Part shown: one piece after another, positions 12,464-24,519 of the stretch
How the letters are laid out: each line of letters opens with the position of its first letter
Numbering within the stretch: position 1 is the stretch's first letter
Assembly (NCBI RefSeq): GCF_001194135.2
Contig: NC_069003.1
Span: forward strand, 2,311,635 to 2,375,634
Direction of reading: 5' to 3'
Length of the DNA: 64,000 nt
Source of the DNA: Octopus bimaculoides
Lineage: Eukaryota
The notes under the pieces: generated by a model
Seen by the model: only the letters and a program-made list of their open reading frames with translations
What the model was told of the DNA's origin: nothing
Databases searched by the model: none
Made by a program: the position numbers and the translations under genes

Positions 12464-12737
12464 TTCCGTATATACATAGTCATGTTATCATTTAATTGCT
12501 TTCTGTTTGTTTTTGTATTTGTTTTACTTTTCGAATTCTTAAAAGTTTTGTGTGAATAACAACTTTGGAGTTAGTCATCAAATTTTTTCGTAATCATTTT
12601 TTTTTCTTTTTTTTCGGAATTCGTGTTATTGATTTCATTTCGACGATATACATGACGCGATCGCACGTCAGACATGACAGAAGAAGAACAGAAATAAGAG
12701 ACCTGCAATACTATTTGACCCGCATCATAGCTATGTA

Positions 12738-12854
12738 CCTTAAACTTCATATCTTTCACCCTTAATCCGCATATATTTCAGCCTTAATCCTATTTCAGCC
12801 TAAATCCGTATATATTTCTGCATATATTTAAGACTTAATCCTCATATATTTCAG
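12738..12854 (+). repeat. Degenerate ~22-bp minisatellite (CCTTAATCCGCATATATTTCAG), about 5-6 units
   Basis: Repeated CCT(T/A)AATCC and ATATATTTCAG blocks visible directly. Confidence 0.7.
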
Positions 12855-12949
12855 ATTGGCCAACATGACAAAGCGGTTTGCTAAAATATAACAAATTACA
12901 CAAGTCAATTAGAGGTTGCAGAAATGAAGAAAAAGGACCTCTAAATCGT

Positions 12950-13105
12950 CTTTATGTTCTGAGCTCAAATTCCGCCAAGGTTGACTTTTCCTATCGACCT
13001 TTGGCATTTCGTCCACCTTAAGTCTCTGAGTGTTCAAATTCCGTGGAGGTCGACTTTGCCTTTCATCTTTACGCAATGGATAAAGTAAATACCAATTGAG
13101 CGCTG
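12950..13105 (+). mobile_element. Two partial SINE family C segments in tandem
   Basis: TTCAAATTCCG...GGT(T/C)GACTTT occurs twice. Confidence 0.6.
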
Positions 13106-14325
13106 GTATTAATGCAATCAAAGTAACGTCCTCCCACTTGTCTCCACAGAAAGTGCTGGCCTTGTCCTACAATTCGAAACCAATATATAACCTAATTTTA
13201 AAATATAAATTAGTTTCGGTTTTTATTTCATCTCTAACATTCCAATTTACATTTCGATCACATCCATGGATCCTTCATCCAAAGTAACGGTATCTTGAAA
13301 TGAATATCACATATGTCAAGACAAAACAATATTCCATATTGTCGACCAATTTCAACCTCAAGATTATTTATCCTCAAATTACTTTTTGATAAGTTCATTC
13401 GAAACGAAAACAATACAGAAATAAATCTCCGTGACAGCGCTGAGAGAGAACAGCTATTTCATTACGCAGACGACAAACTCGGAAAGCGTTCTGTACTTGA
13501 AGAGGAATTTCTGAGAAGGAAACCGTTTATGTTGAGTGCTTGTTGCGTAGGATTAATCGAAAATCATAAAGTTGAGTGGAGCCCAGTGACTCTTTCTGAT
13601 GTTTCTGGCAATCGGAAAACGGGTTCCCAACCCCACAACATGTTGTCACCTCTATTACATCGACACCGGCATATTGACTACGAAACCCTTTTCTTCTCCA
13701 TCAGGCTTAGGTCGATTATGGTTAGGAAACATCATCCTGAAATATCGTGAGATTCACATGGTACTTCACAAATATCTAATTAGAAATCAATTTTTACTGT
13801 TGATAACTTCTCGACAAGCATACAGACACACACACATACAAACATTTATATATATATATATATACACACATACATATATAAATAGATATATATATGTATA
13901 TACATATGTATGGTGTACGTATATATACATATGTATTATATATATATATGTGTGTGTGTGTGCGTGTGTGTTTCTATATATGTAGATATATATACATATA
14001 TATATACATGATTGTGTGTTTGTATCTTCTCTCATAGTTCCAAATGCGCACTCTAAACCAAAGCTGAAAATTTGGATCAATGGTGTGTGTGTGTGCGAGT
14101 GTGTATGAGTGAGTGTAAGAGTGTGTGTGTGCGTGTGGAGGGGGTGGGTATATAATCACGCAAAGTAAATAAATGTTTACTTCTAAATGTAACGTTCTCT
14201 AATTCATAAATAAAAATCGAAATCAGAGGCAGGCTGTTTGTTTAAATTGGACATATGTATATATATATATATATGTGTGTGGGCTCGTGTGTGTACATAT
14301 GCATATTTTCATGTGTTTGTGCATC

Positions 14326-14377
<52 letters not shown>

Positions 14378-14493
14378 CAAACATATATGTGTGTATACTT
14401 CCCATATAACTTCACCAAGAGGCGGGACCACGGTCACTAAGATCAACTTGGGGCGTGGTAACTAACAATTAGAAACACATACACACACGTGTA

Positions 14494-14533
<40 letters not shown>

Positions 14534-14698
14534 GGAATATTTGTATAAACGTATATAGACGTGTGGATGTATAGTTTTGCGTATGTATATATTTAGGCTT
14601 GTCTCATATACACACGCATGTCTTCCTGCAGTTTTACATATCTATGAAACACTCTGTATATGTCAATATATAAGTGTGTGTATAGTCTCATATGTGTA

Positions 14699-14935
14699 CA
14701 GTAATCCCTCGACTATCGCGGGTGTTCCCTACCAACCTGCCAACCCCGCGCTATAGGTGAAGATCCGCGAAGTACAAACTACTACACTGTAATTTTTTAA
14801 AATTATTTTTATAATTTCTATATGTTTATTTTATTATAAATGCAAAACACCACGGGGCAATCGACATGATCTTAAATAATAAACCGCGATAAGTGAACCA
14901 CGGTAGGTCATCCGCGATATAGCGAGGGATTACTA
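14699..14935. mobile_element. Tigger/pogo-type MITE (Tc1/mariner superfamily) with TA TSD
   Basis: Left end TA|CAGTAATCCCTCGACTATCGCGG. Right end reads AGTAATCCCTCGCTATATCGCGG on the minus strand (terminal base mutated), followed by TA. Internal CCGCG(A) subterminal repeats and an AT-rich centre. Confidence 0.85.
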
Positions 14936-15058
14936 TATATGTTTGTATTTATATATGTATGTATGTATGTTTATATTTGTTTTTATGTGGTTGTGTATAT
15001 ACTTATATTTTATGTAACAGAAAAGTTTACCCTTTAAGATTAGATATATATGTGTGTG

Positions 15059-15117
<59 letters not shown>

Positions 15118-15165
15118 CTCATTTATATCTGTTATACATATGACATATGTATATATACATATACT

Positions 15166-15331
15166 ATTTCGTCTGTCTTTACGTTCTGAGTTCAAATTCC
15201 GCCGTCGTCGACTTTGCCTTTTATCCTTTTGGGATCGATGAATTAAGTACTAGTTGCGCACTGGGATCGATCTAATCGACTGGCCTCCCTCCCCCAAAAT
15301 TTCGGGCCTTGTGCCTTGAGCAGAAAAGAAT
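15166..15331 (+). mobile_element. SINE family C, 5'-truncated
   Basis: Body and tail ending in GGCCTTGTGCC...GAAAAGAAT. Confidence 0.85.
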
Positions 15332-16048
15332 ACATATACATATATATATGTAAATATAGATAGACAGACATATACCTGCGCCTATTAGTGTATATTATAT
15401 ATGTACTTTAACATGAGTGTTTATATGTATAAAGCCAAACTAAACAATATAATTCAATAATTCAATAATCTTACACACACCCACATATATATACAGAAAA
15501 ACATAGCTTCACACTCGTGAACACACACACACACACACACACTTCTATTCATTCTCACACATATACTCCATCCGTTCGTTCGCTCCTTTCCGCCGCCATT
15601 CGCGTGATCACGTGCTAACAGAAACAAACTGTAATAAGAAAGTTTACATTTCTTCATTGGACACACACAAAAAAAAAAAATGCCTCTTTTTTTTTTTTTA
15701 GAAAAATCAACTCAGAATTATATCCGTGACACATGCTGTTCACAAGTAAGTAACCGCGATAAAAGTAGGTTAAAAAGTAGCAGCTGTAGGGATGATAACA
15801 AGGAACTTGGTGAGAATTATGCAGAGGTAATCTATAAAATTAGCTCTGCTCTCTTATTTTCCTTTTAGTTCTTACAACCCACTCAAAACAACATTTCTTA
15901 ATCGAAAGATGTTTGTTTCTATAAACTCGGGTTTTTCTTTTATTTTGTTCCGTTTCATTTTTTTCTTTTTTTCACAATGGTTTTATCAGTCTTAATCGAA
16001 AAAATATGTGCATACACAATTCACTTACATATATGTGTTACAACAATA

Positions 16049-16093
<45 letters not shown>

Positions 16094-16408
16094 GCTGCAA
16101 CTTGTAGTTGTGGTGGTATAAAGTTGCAAACTATCTCATACTAGTAACAAATGTTAGTAAATATAAGATACGCAATCATCTACGTGTAAACAAATAAAAT
16201 TCTGAGAAAGGCGGGAAACACGCACCAGTGAGTGTGCGCCTCCTCCTGCTATATATATATATATACATCCGTTTGTATATGTATATATGTATATATGTGT
16301 GTATATATATGCATATATATATATATATGTGTGTATGTATATATGCATACATTCATGTGTTTGTATGTGAGTATAAATGAATATATACATAATATAAGAA
16401 TATATTTG

Positions 16409-16580
16409 CGCAGGAGTGGCTGTGTGGTACGTAGCTTTCTTAATAACCACATGGTTCCGAGTTCAGTTTCGTTGCGTGGCACCTTGGGCAAGTGTCTTCT
16501 ACTATAGGCTCACGCCGACCAAAGCTTTGTGAGTGGATTTGATACACGGAAACTGAAAGAAGTCTGTCGTATATCTATAT

Positions 16581-16618
<38 letters not shown>

Positions 16619-16740
16619 CTCCCCCACCGTCGCTTGAGAACGGATGCTGCTGCGTTTGCGTCCTCATAACCTAGCGGTTCGGCAAAATACACCAATAGAA
16701 TAAGTACTAGGATCGATTTGTTCGAGTAAAGGCAGTGCTC
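16409..16740 (+). mobile_element. SINE family B (CORE-like), near full length
   Basis: Head GCAGGAGTGGCTGTGTGG, CORE-like GGCACCTTGGGCAAGTGTCTT, central (TG)n, and tail. Confidence 0.85.
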
Positions 16741-16774
16741 CTTTGGAATCTCTTCCCAGTTAACTGTAAGAAGT

Positions 16775-17120
16775 GACATCTTTTCAATTTCCCATTGTCA
16801 ATCCTGTCATACAATCCTATAGCTGTATAAATCAAATTTTGGCTACCAAGTTTAACCAAAATGTTATTGTCGGAAAACAGCAACGAATTTCTCACACGCA
16901 CAATGATGGTAACATCCGAATTACTAAATGGAATAAAAGTTTTACCGATTTCTAAAAACTTCTAAAGAAGAAACTTAATCATTTACTTTGCATTCAATAT
17001 TAATTTCAAACTGGTTAAATTTACAAAGCAATTATTATCTACATTATTAATGACCAGACGATTATAATTTAAAGATTCTTTTCGTAACAAAGTGGAACCA
17101 ACTTGTTTACTGCTAGAAAA
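16775..17120 (-). mobile_element. Penelope-like element reverse transcriptase fragment (pseudogenised)
   Basis: One frame with two stops: KFLEIGKTFIPFSNSDVTIIVRVRNSLLFSDNNILVKLGSQNLIYTAIGLYD. This aligns by eye to the PLE RT stretch AL.FAK...ISxxDxxIIxHARKSLLFxxxxxWVKxxxxxLFDVTMGSYD. Confidence 0.6.
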
Positions 17121-17489
17121 TGATGAAAATTTAAATACAGATTCTACTGATATCATTTTTCCGATATTTAAATATAATGTATAATTCATGTTTTACTAAT
17201 GATTCGAGTCTGTTGTCTATGTTTTTTTTTTGTTTTTTTTTAGGCAAGGAGATATTCTGTTGCTTCAGAATAAACATCAAGTAATCTGGTGAAGTTTTCT
17301 AATAAATATTGTACGTGCGGCAAGAATATGAGAAAACAAAGGAAAAGCGTCCAAAAGTGGTTGCTACATATATGAAACCAAAAATAATAGGGAGAATCTC
17401 AATAGTTCTACGATAACTAGCTCTCGTACAAACCAAAGGATTCGGCAGAAATGGTATACTGATTAGTAAAGAGTAAAGATGCCCTTCAG

Positions 17490-17803
17490 TGACGAATGAG
17501 CATCGGATCTCTTCGGAAGTACAAGTCTGGGCAAGGTTGTTTATGGAAGACCAGCAGTCGTCCTTGCGTATCAGGCTCCCCTGTCCGCGCCACACCACTG
17601 ATGTTATCCACGGGAAAAGGCAAAAGCCGATATAGTTTGGCACCAGTGGTGTTTGCAACTCATTTCTAGAGCTGAGTGAACCGGAGCAACGTGAAATAAA
17701 GAGTTTTGCTCAAGAACACAACACACAGCCCGCTCCGACGATCGAACTCACTGCACAATGATTGTGAGCCCGACGCTTTAAACACTGAGCCATGCGCCTT
17801 TAC
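17490..17803 (-). mobile_element. SINE family D (tRNA head, CORE-like body, distinct tail)
   Basis: Minus strand begins GTAAAGGCGCATGGCTCAGTG (A box), has GAGTTCGATC (B box), then GTTGTGTTCTTGAGCAAAACTCTTTATTTCACGTTGCTCC. Confidence 0.75.
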
Positions 17804-17910
17804 CTGCCAAGTAGTGTAGGGTTTCCTTTCTTGATGTGTATGTAAGTATACATTGATATATGACTATACACACATATCTATATGGATAGGTGGTTGGATG
17901 GATAAGTATT

Positions 17911-17977
<67 letters not shown>

Positions 17978-19244
17978 TTTAATAATGATCCAATAACTGA
18001 CAGCAGGGAATATAATTAAGAGAGAACACAATAGCGCTCAGCGTAAATCCATCCATTGATACAATTTTAAATGACCATTGGCTTGGCTACATTAAGTTAG
18101 AAATAATTGAATTGTAAATCATATTAATAACGATAATTGATATTTGCAAATTGATTGATATCTAGGCAAATCTATTCAATGTGATCACTATTTGCAAACC
18201 ACCATATTTGAATCGTTGATGGGTTCTTAGCAAATACTGACCATGAATTGGCAAATATGAATTAGTCTTGGTTTTCGCACATCAGGTTGATGCCGGCTAA
18301 AACAGTGCAAAACCTATATCCGGTTTGTGTATTATATGTGTATCTATATCCGGAGTGTGTGTGCTGTTGTGTGCGTCTTGAGATAACTCTCTTTCGCTAG
18401 TCTTAGATTTGTAATATTTTCCCCAATAAAATGTAGAATTGAAAAACTCAGAGTAGTAACAGAAAATATGCACAGTGTTATGATAAACATTTATACACGA
18501 ATTTCGCACTGGGTGACAGGTAATTGGCAATAAACTAATTGACAATAAACCATATTTACAATAAACCAAATGGCCAATGCTAGTAGAACATCACGTAGCT
18601 AAATTGAAGATATTCAGCACAACGCACTTGGCAAAACTAAGGTTTCTGCTCCGTAAGTGCATCGTCTTGTGATACCTGATCAAAAGCGTACCAAGTTGCT
18701 CACATCACTGAAAATCAGACATCGTTTGAGACAGATGCAGCTGGTTGCCTTAAAGTCGCCTTAGCCAAGATGAATGCTGGCTTGATGACTTTGAGCTAGA
18801 GACAAAGAGACTGTCCATACAGTGGAAACATCTTACTTCATCTGCTCTCAAAAGACCAACGTAGTATCGTCTCCAGAAATTGGGAAAGATAGAGAGAGAG
18901 GGAGAGAGGGAGGTAATGAAATAAGGCAAATGCGAAGAATTTCATTCTAAAGAATCCATGGTTGTTTTTGCTATTTTCTGTGACAAGATTTATAAGAGGC
19001 GAACACACACACACTCATTTTTCCACGCAAAAATTCTCACGCTCACGTATGTCTTCGTATGTGTATACTTACAACTCTCTCACACACACACATATACACA
19101 CATACGTACACACTATATATGTGTATGCGTGTGTACCCATTTATTTTGAAAGTCAAATGTACAAATCAAAGTGTGTATGCATATAAGCACACATTTAATA
19201 CATACGCATGCGTATATGCATATATATATATATATACATACACA

Positions 19245-19368
19245 CACATGTATATATACACATATATACACACACATGTATATATACACATATATACACA
19301 TGTATATATACACATATATACACATGTATATATACACATATATACACATGTATATATACACATATATA
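19245..19368 (+). repeat. 24-bp minisatellite x5 (CACATGTATATATACACATATATA)
   Basis: Five exact units, with a CACA insertion after the first. Confidence 0.9.
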
Positions 19369-20096
19369 TTTACATATATATAAAAATATATATTCATATA
19401 TATATGTATGAATACAAAATTATGTATTACTATGTATATATACATCCATATATACGTGTGTGCGTATGTATATATATATATATATATACACATATATATA
19501 TGCATGTGTATAAAATTGTCTTATATATATGTATGTATACATCACACACACACATATACTCTCTCACACATACAAACGTATGCACACACACAAACATATG
19601 CGCATATATCCCACAAGAACGTTCGAATGGCCACCACACCTCAACTGACAAGACGAGCGTATACATAAATGAAGAGAAACACTCAAGTGAGATATCTGTT
19701 CACTCTTTTGTTTCAATTGATGTTAGCCTTCTTCAAGAATGATTGGCACAGCACCAGTACACCTATCTTACGGCTGTCATACGTCTCAAAGAACGTTCTG
19801 CAAAATCTTCGTCCAGAAAATTTAGGTCGCCTCTCTAGTGTTCTAGTTGTTGTCTGCTCTAACTTTTCATTATTGTAACCTACTGTTCCGTTTGTTAGCG
19901 TGACAGAGTGTATGTCTAGGGGAGGGGTGTGAGTTTTGTGCGCGTAGAAAAAAGGTGCGGTGAGGGAGTAGGGGACTGCGCAAAGAATTTATATATTTTT
20001 TTGTATGTAACTTTCTATTGCTAAATTTTGATATTAGAAAAAAAAAATTATTATTGCTATTATCATTTGTATTATTAATAATTTTTATTAACCATA

Positions 20097-20685
20097 GCGG
20101 TGAGCAGGAAGAATCGTTAGCTCGCTGGGCAAAATGCTTAGCGGCATTTCGTCCGTGTTTTGGTATTCTGAGTTCAAATTCCGCCGAGGTCGACTTCGAC
20201 TTCCAACCTTTCGGGGTCGATAAATTAAGTTTCAGTTGCGTACTGGCGTCGATCTAATCCACTAAAACCGCCTCCCCACCCCCAAGAAAAAAAAGATTTC
20301 AGGCCTTGTGCCTATAGTACAAAGGATTATTAATATTTTTATTGAACATAGCGGTGAGTTGGCAGAATCGTTAGCACGCCGGACATAATGCTTAGCGTCA
20401 TTTCGTCCGTTTTTAAGTTCTGACTTTAAATTCCGCCGAGGTCGACTTTGCCTTTTAACATTTTTGCGGTCGATAAGATAATTACCAGTTGAACACTGGG
20501 GGNNNNNNNNNNNNNNNNNNNNNNNNNNNNNNNNGGGGGGGGGGGGTCAATGTAATCGACAAAGCCACTCCCCCAAAATTATTGGCCGTATACCAAAACT
20601 TGAAATCCATATTTTAATTAAGCATAGCGGCGATCTGGCAGAACCGGCAGCCAGTAGGACTAAATTTCTGGCCTTGTGCCTTCTG
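20097..20685 (+). mobile_element. Head-to-tail array of three SINE family C copies
   Basis: Heads GCGG(T/C)GA at 20097, 20351 and 20627. The third copy is internally deleted. Confidence 0.85.
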
Positions 20686-21366
20686 AACCGAACACACTTC
20701 TGTGTGACTTAGAGATGTTCAGTATCATCTGGTAATTTTTGAGAGGATTTCCTATCATATTACATTATTTTAAAGTAATCAATACGTGATTTAAAGATAG
20801 AATTAAATTCAAATCTTGCATTGACACAAGTCTGTCCTACTGACATGGAAACGCTTCTTTTCTATACTAGTGAGGTCATCTGTAAGGTAATGCGAACGAG
20901 AGCTTAAGAAATGAACCCCGGAGATTGATTTCTTTTACCAAGAATAATTAATTAATGGCTAATTGCAATGGCGCCAATTTTCTCAGCTCATAATAATATT
21001 ATGTCCACAGTGGTTAAATTTAATCAAACATAACGTGAGAAATCCAAATATAACTCGGGTTTCGTCTTAGAATCACCAAAACCAGGTTATGGATCTTTAA
21101 CCGCGAAGGTGTTTTTGTGAAAGACGTGCATTACACAACTTAATGATTACGTTGCTGTTGTTTTTATTTCTTCTTCTTCAACGAACTACAACCGCGATGC
21201 GTCTTACAATACAACACAAAGTTTCCTTCGACCTTTCAAATACAGAAACAAAGTTAATACTGCTGCTAATCTTGTTCCACGTGACTAGAATGACCAGCGC
21301 TAAAGGAACCGGGCTAATTGCTGACCAACAGATATAATTCTATATGTATATGGGCACATGCTTCAA

Positions 21367-21421
<55 letters not shown>

Positions 21422-21452
21422 GTGTCTGTGTCTGTGTGTGTGTGTGTGTGTA

Positions 21453-21805
21453 GGCGCAATGGCCCAGTGGTTAGGGCAGCGGACTTGCGGTTATAGGATC
21501 GCGGTATCGATTCCCAGACCGGGCGTTGTGAGTGTTTATTGAGCGAAAACACCTAAAGCTCCACCAGGCTCCGGCAGGGGATGGTGACAAACCCTGCTGT
21601 ACTCTTTCACCACAACTCTTACTTCCTGTTTTTGTTTTGCCTGTAATTCAAAGGGTCGGCCATGTCACACTGTGTCACGCTGAGTATCCCAGAGAACTAC
21701 GTTAAGCGTACACGTGTCTGTGGAGTGCTCAGCCACTTGCATGTTAATTTCACGAGCGTGGAACCCTCAACGTCGTAGGCGACGGAGTGCCAACAATAAC
21801 AACAA
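21453..21805 (+). mobile_element. SINE family A, full length
   Basis: GGCGCAATGGCCCAGTGGTTAGG head (A box), GTATCGATTCCC (B box), tail GACGGAGTGCCAACAATAACAAC. Confidence 0.9.
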
Positions 21806-22839
21806 TATATATATGTGTATATATATTAGTATATAAAGACATTTGTTCTGATATACACCCTGGTGATAACACCGGAGATAAACGGAAACTGCAAATATAT
21901 CAAAAACTCAGATGCGCTGAATTTACGTGCAAAAAGTTTAAAAAAATAATAATTATAATTATAATAATAAAAAGAGTATTCAAAATAACTTTCCAAATAT
22001 ATATTTTTGTAATAGAAACAAATAACTCGAAATATTTCGTTATGGCTTGCGTTTAAAAACCGCAGCTGAAATATGTGATAAAAATACGGTTCTGTGCAAC
22101 AAATTCATCATCCAGATATACAGCTAGTCGAGTTGACAATATTATTAAGATGTAGTTATTGACATAAATACATAGACAAAATCTGTTTCTCTTCCAATTA
22201 CAAATATCATGTTTTTGTCACAGGAAAATATATACACGTCTGATTCTTTCACCAGCGAATGATAAAGAGACTTGTAAAACAATTTTCGCTATGTACACAT
22301 TGGTGATAAAAATAGGATCCTTGTCTACAGATGGCAAAGAAAACGGTTAGAGACTACTGCTTGTTACATACATTCTGGTGAAGTGTATCAAAGTATATAA
22401 ACACCAGCAGAAGTGGTCTTACATATTATCCTTGTCAATATTGAGATGCGTAAATATTTTTATGTGTGAGGGATTAAAAGAAACATACATTTCGACATAT
22501 AGGATGAACGACTGCGTAGAGACATAAGACACGATATATAAATCAAGAGAATTGTTACATTTCCACAGCATGAAAATAATAGTAGCTCGCATATAAATTT
22601 TGTGTGTATTAAATGATATTTATCTCTCGATGGGTGGACTATAATAATAACAGAACGGTTACTGATATGATACAGCCCACACGAACACACGTGTGGAGAG
22701 GAGAAAAGGAATATGAAATGAAGGAAGAAAAGAAAAAAAAATGAGCACAAAAGATCACAGTTCAACTTTCCGATCATGTAGAAGTCCGTAAGTTCTTAGG
22801 TGCAACTTTGTGTAAATTCAGGTAGGTTCAAGTCCCAAT

Positions 22840-23050
22840 AGTGTAAATATCTGGTGACGGAATATTCCATACTCTAGGATACCGCAGAAACACTCTTTCT
22901 CCTCTCTAACGATTGTATATCCGCTGCATCGGAAATCTACAACGGCTCCACAACTACTATCTCCGCTATAATCTTGGAGCCCTGGTAATCCATTACAGCT
23001 CTTACCTAGCGAACCTAGTTGTTTAGATCATCTGTGAACTGAGCCTCCAT
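22840..23050 (-). mobile_element. Possible L2/CR1 LINE 3'-end remnant
   Basis: RGERVFLRYPRVWNIPSPDI resembles the GxRxFxxxxPRxWNxLP motif of L2/CR1 ORF2; surrounded by stops. Confidence 0.3.
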
Positions 23051-23051
23051 A

Positions 23052-23092
<41 letters not shown>

Positions 23093-23405
23093 TGACTTCG
23101 GCCAACAACTGGTGTGAATCCAAGGTCAACCACAGAATTTTACAACCATAACGATTGTCAGATTCAAACTAGCCTCCCATTTTTTCCTTCCTAAACCCTA
23201 ATCACTAGACATAACTGAATTTTGCTCACTTCGAGCCAAGCTGGTTGAAAAACACTGCATGAAACTGCACAGGTCTCTGTGCAGCAGAAACACGTGTAGG
23301 TCGTCGTAACCATGGACATATGACATACTGTAAAAAAAATGGAAATAAATTGAGGATGTACCGGTCTTCATATTCACTATCGTTATAATTATTGCATATA
23401 TACAC

Positions 23406-23564
23406 GACGGACATCTTTCAGTTTCCGTCTACAAATTCCTCACACAAGGCTTTGCGCGGCCCGAGCCTGTAGAAAAACGCACTTCTGCAACACGCCTCGC
23501 AAAGGGACTGAACCCAGTCTCTTTATGGCTAGAAGGCAAACATGTTACCACACAGCCACGCCTG
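23406..23564 (-). mobile_element. SINE family B head/core
   Basis: TTTCAGTTTCCGTCTACAAAT...ACCACACAGCCACGCCTG. Confidence 0.75.
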
Positions 23565-23889
23565 AACATCAATATACATTTCATATTACTTTCTACATCA
23601 CGTATGTAATGCGAATTAGCATAGAAAATGATACTCATACAACATCATAAAGTAAGAAAAACAATGAAATTGGAGAAAGACACCAAACCAATTACGTTCA
23701 ACACTACACTTAACACAAATACACAATACGATCAAATACCTACAAATGACAATTATTGAACACAAAAATACAATATATAATTATGAAAAATGAGGCAGCG
23801 TTCGACGGTTACGTTTTTTTTTTGGGGGGGGGCATATACACTTGTGTAGCTTTTTCAGTGTTCATACATACATTCAAACACCAGATATA

Positions 23890-23920
<31 letters not shown>

Positions 23921-24025
23921 GGGGAGATACATAGATGTATGCATATGGGTACATATATATATATATATTGTATATACATATACGTATCTATATGTGTGTG
24001 TATATATATTTATATATATATATAC

Positions 24026-24056
<31 letters not shown>

Positions 24057-24243
24057 CATGTCATGTGTGTGTATATATATACATACACACGCATTATATA
24101 TATATACATACATACATAATGTAAATCTAAAACAAATCAAATCATAGCTTTATAAAGATGTGCTTGTGTATGAGTGCGCGCTAGTTCGCTTCCCTGTACG
24201 GTGTAAAGTTCACAAATACGTGTGCACATCCGTATGTGTGTGC

Positions 24244-24298
<55 letters not shown>

Positions 24299-24440
24299 AA
24301 TATATATACACACACACACATGTAACTGTATAAGTGCATATTTGTGTGTTCTTGTACATGTATGTAGGAGCGTGATTCTTTAAATGTAATTGTGTGTATG
24401 TGTGGCTTATGACTATATCCACTATATGTGTGTACATATG

Positions 24441-24519
<79 letters not shown>

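Noticed and set aside
12738-12854. Short repeats that could be taken for a CRISPR array
   Set aside because: Contiguous degenerate units without unique spacers, in a eukaryotic context with no cas genes.
13313-13750. 145-aa ORF containing YADD and later LSPLL, suggesting a reverse transcriptase
   Set aside because: In RTs the QG..LSP.L motif precedes YADD; here the order is reversed and no other RT motif is present.
19700-19990. G-rich patch with GC-box-like words and a minus-strand ATGACAGCC|GTAAGA, a possible promoter and first exon
   Set aside because: The motifs are short and expected by chance; nothing independent supports a TSS.
21453-21525. tRNA-like sequences with A and B boxes (also at 35855, 16409, 17803)
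   Set aside because: They are SINE heads: no acceptor stem, and they continue into shared SINE bodies.
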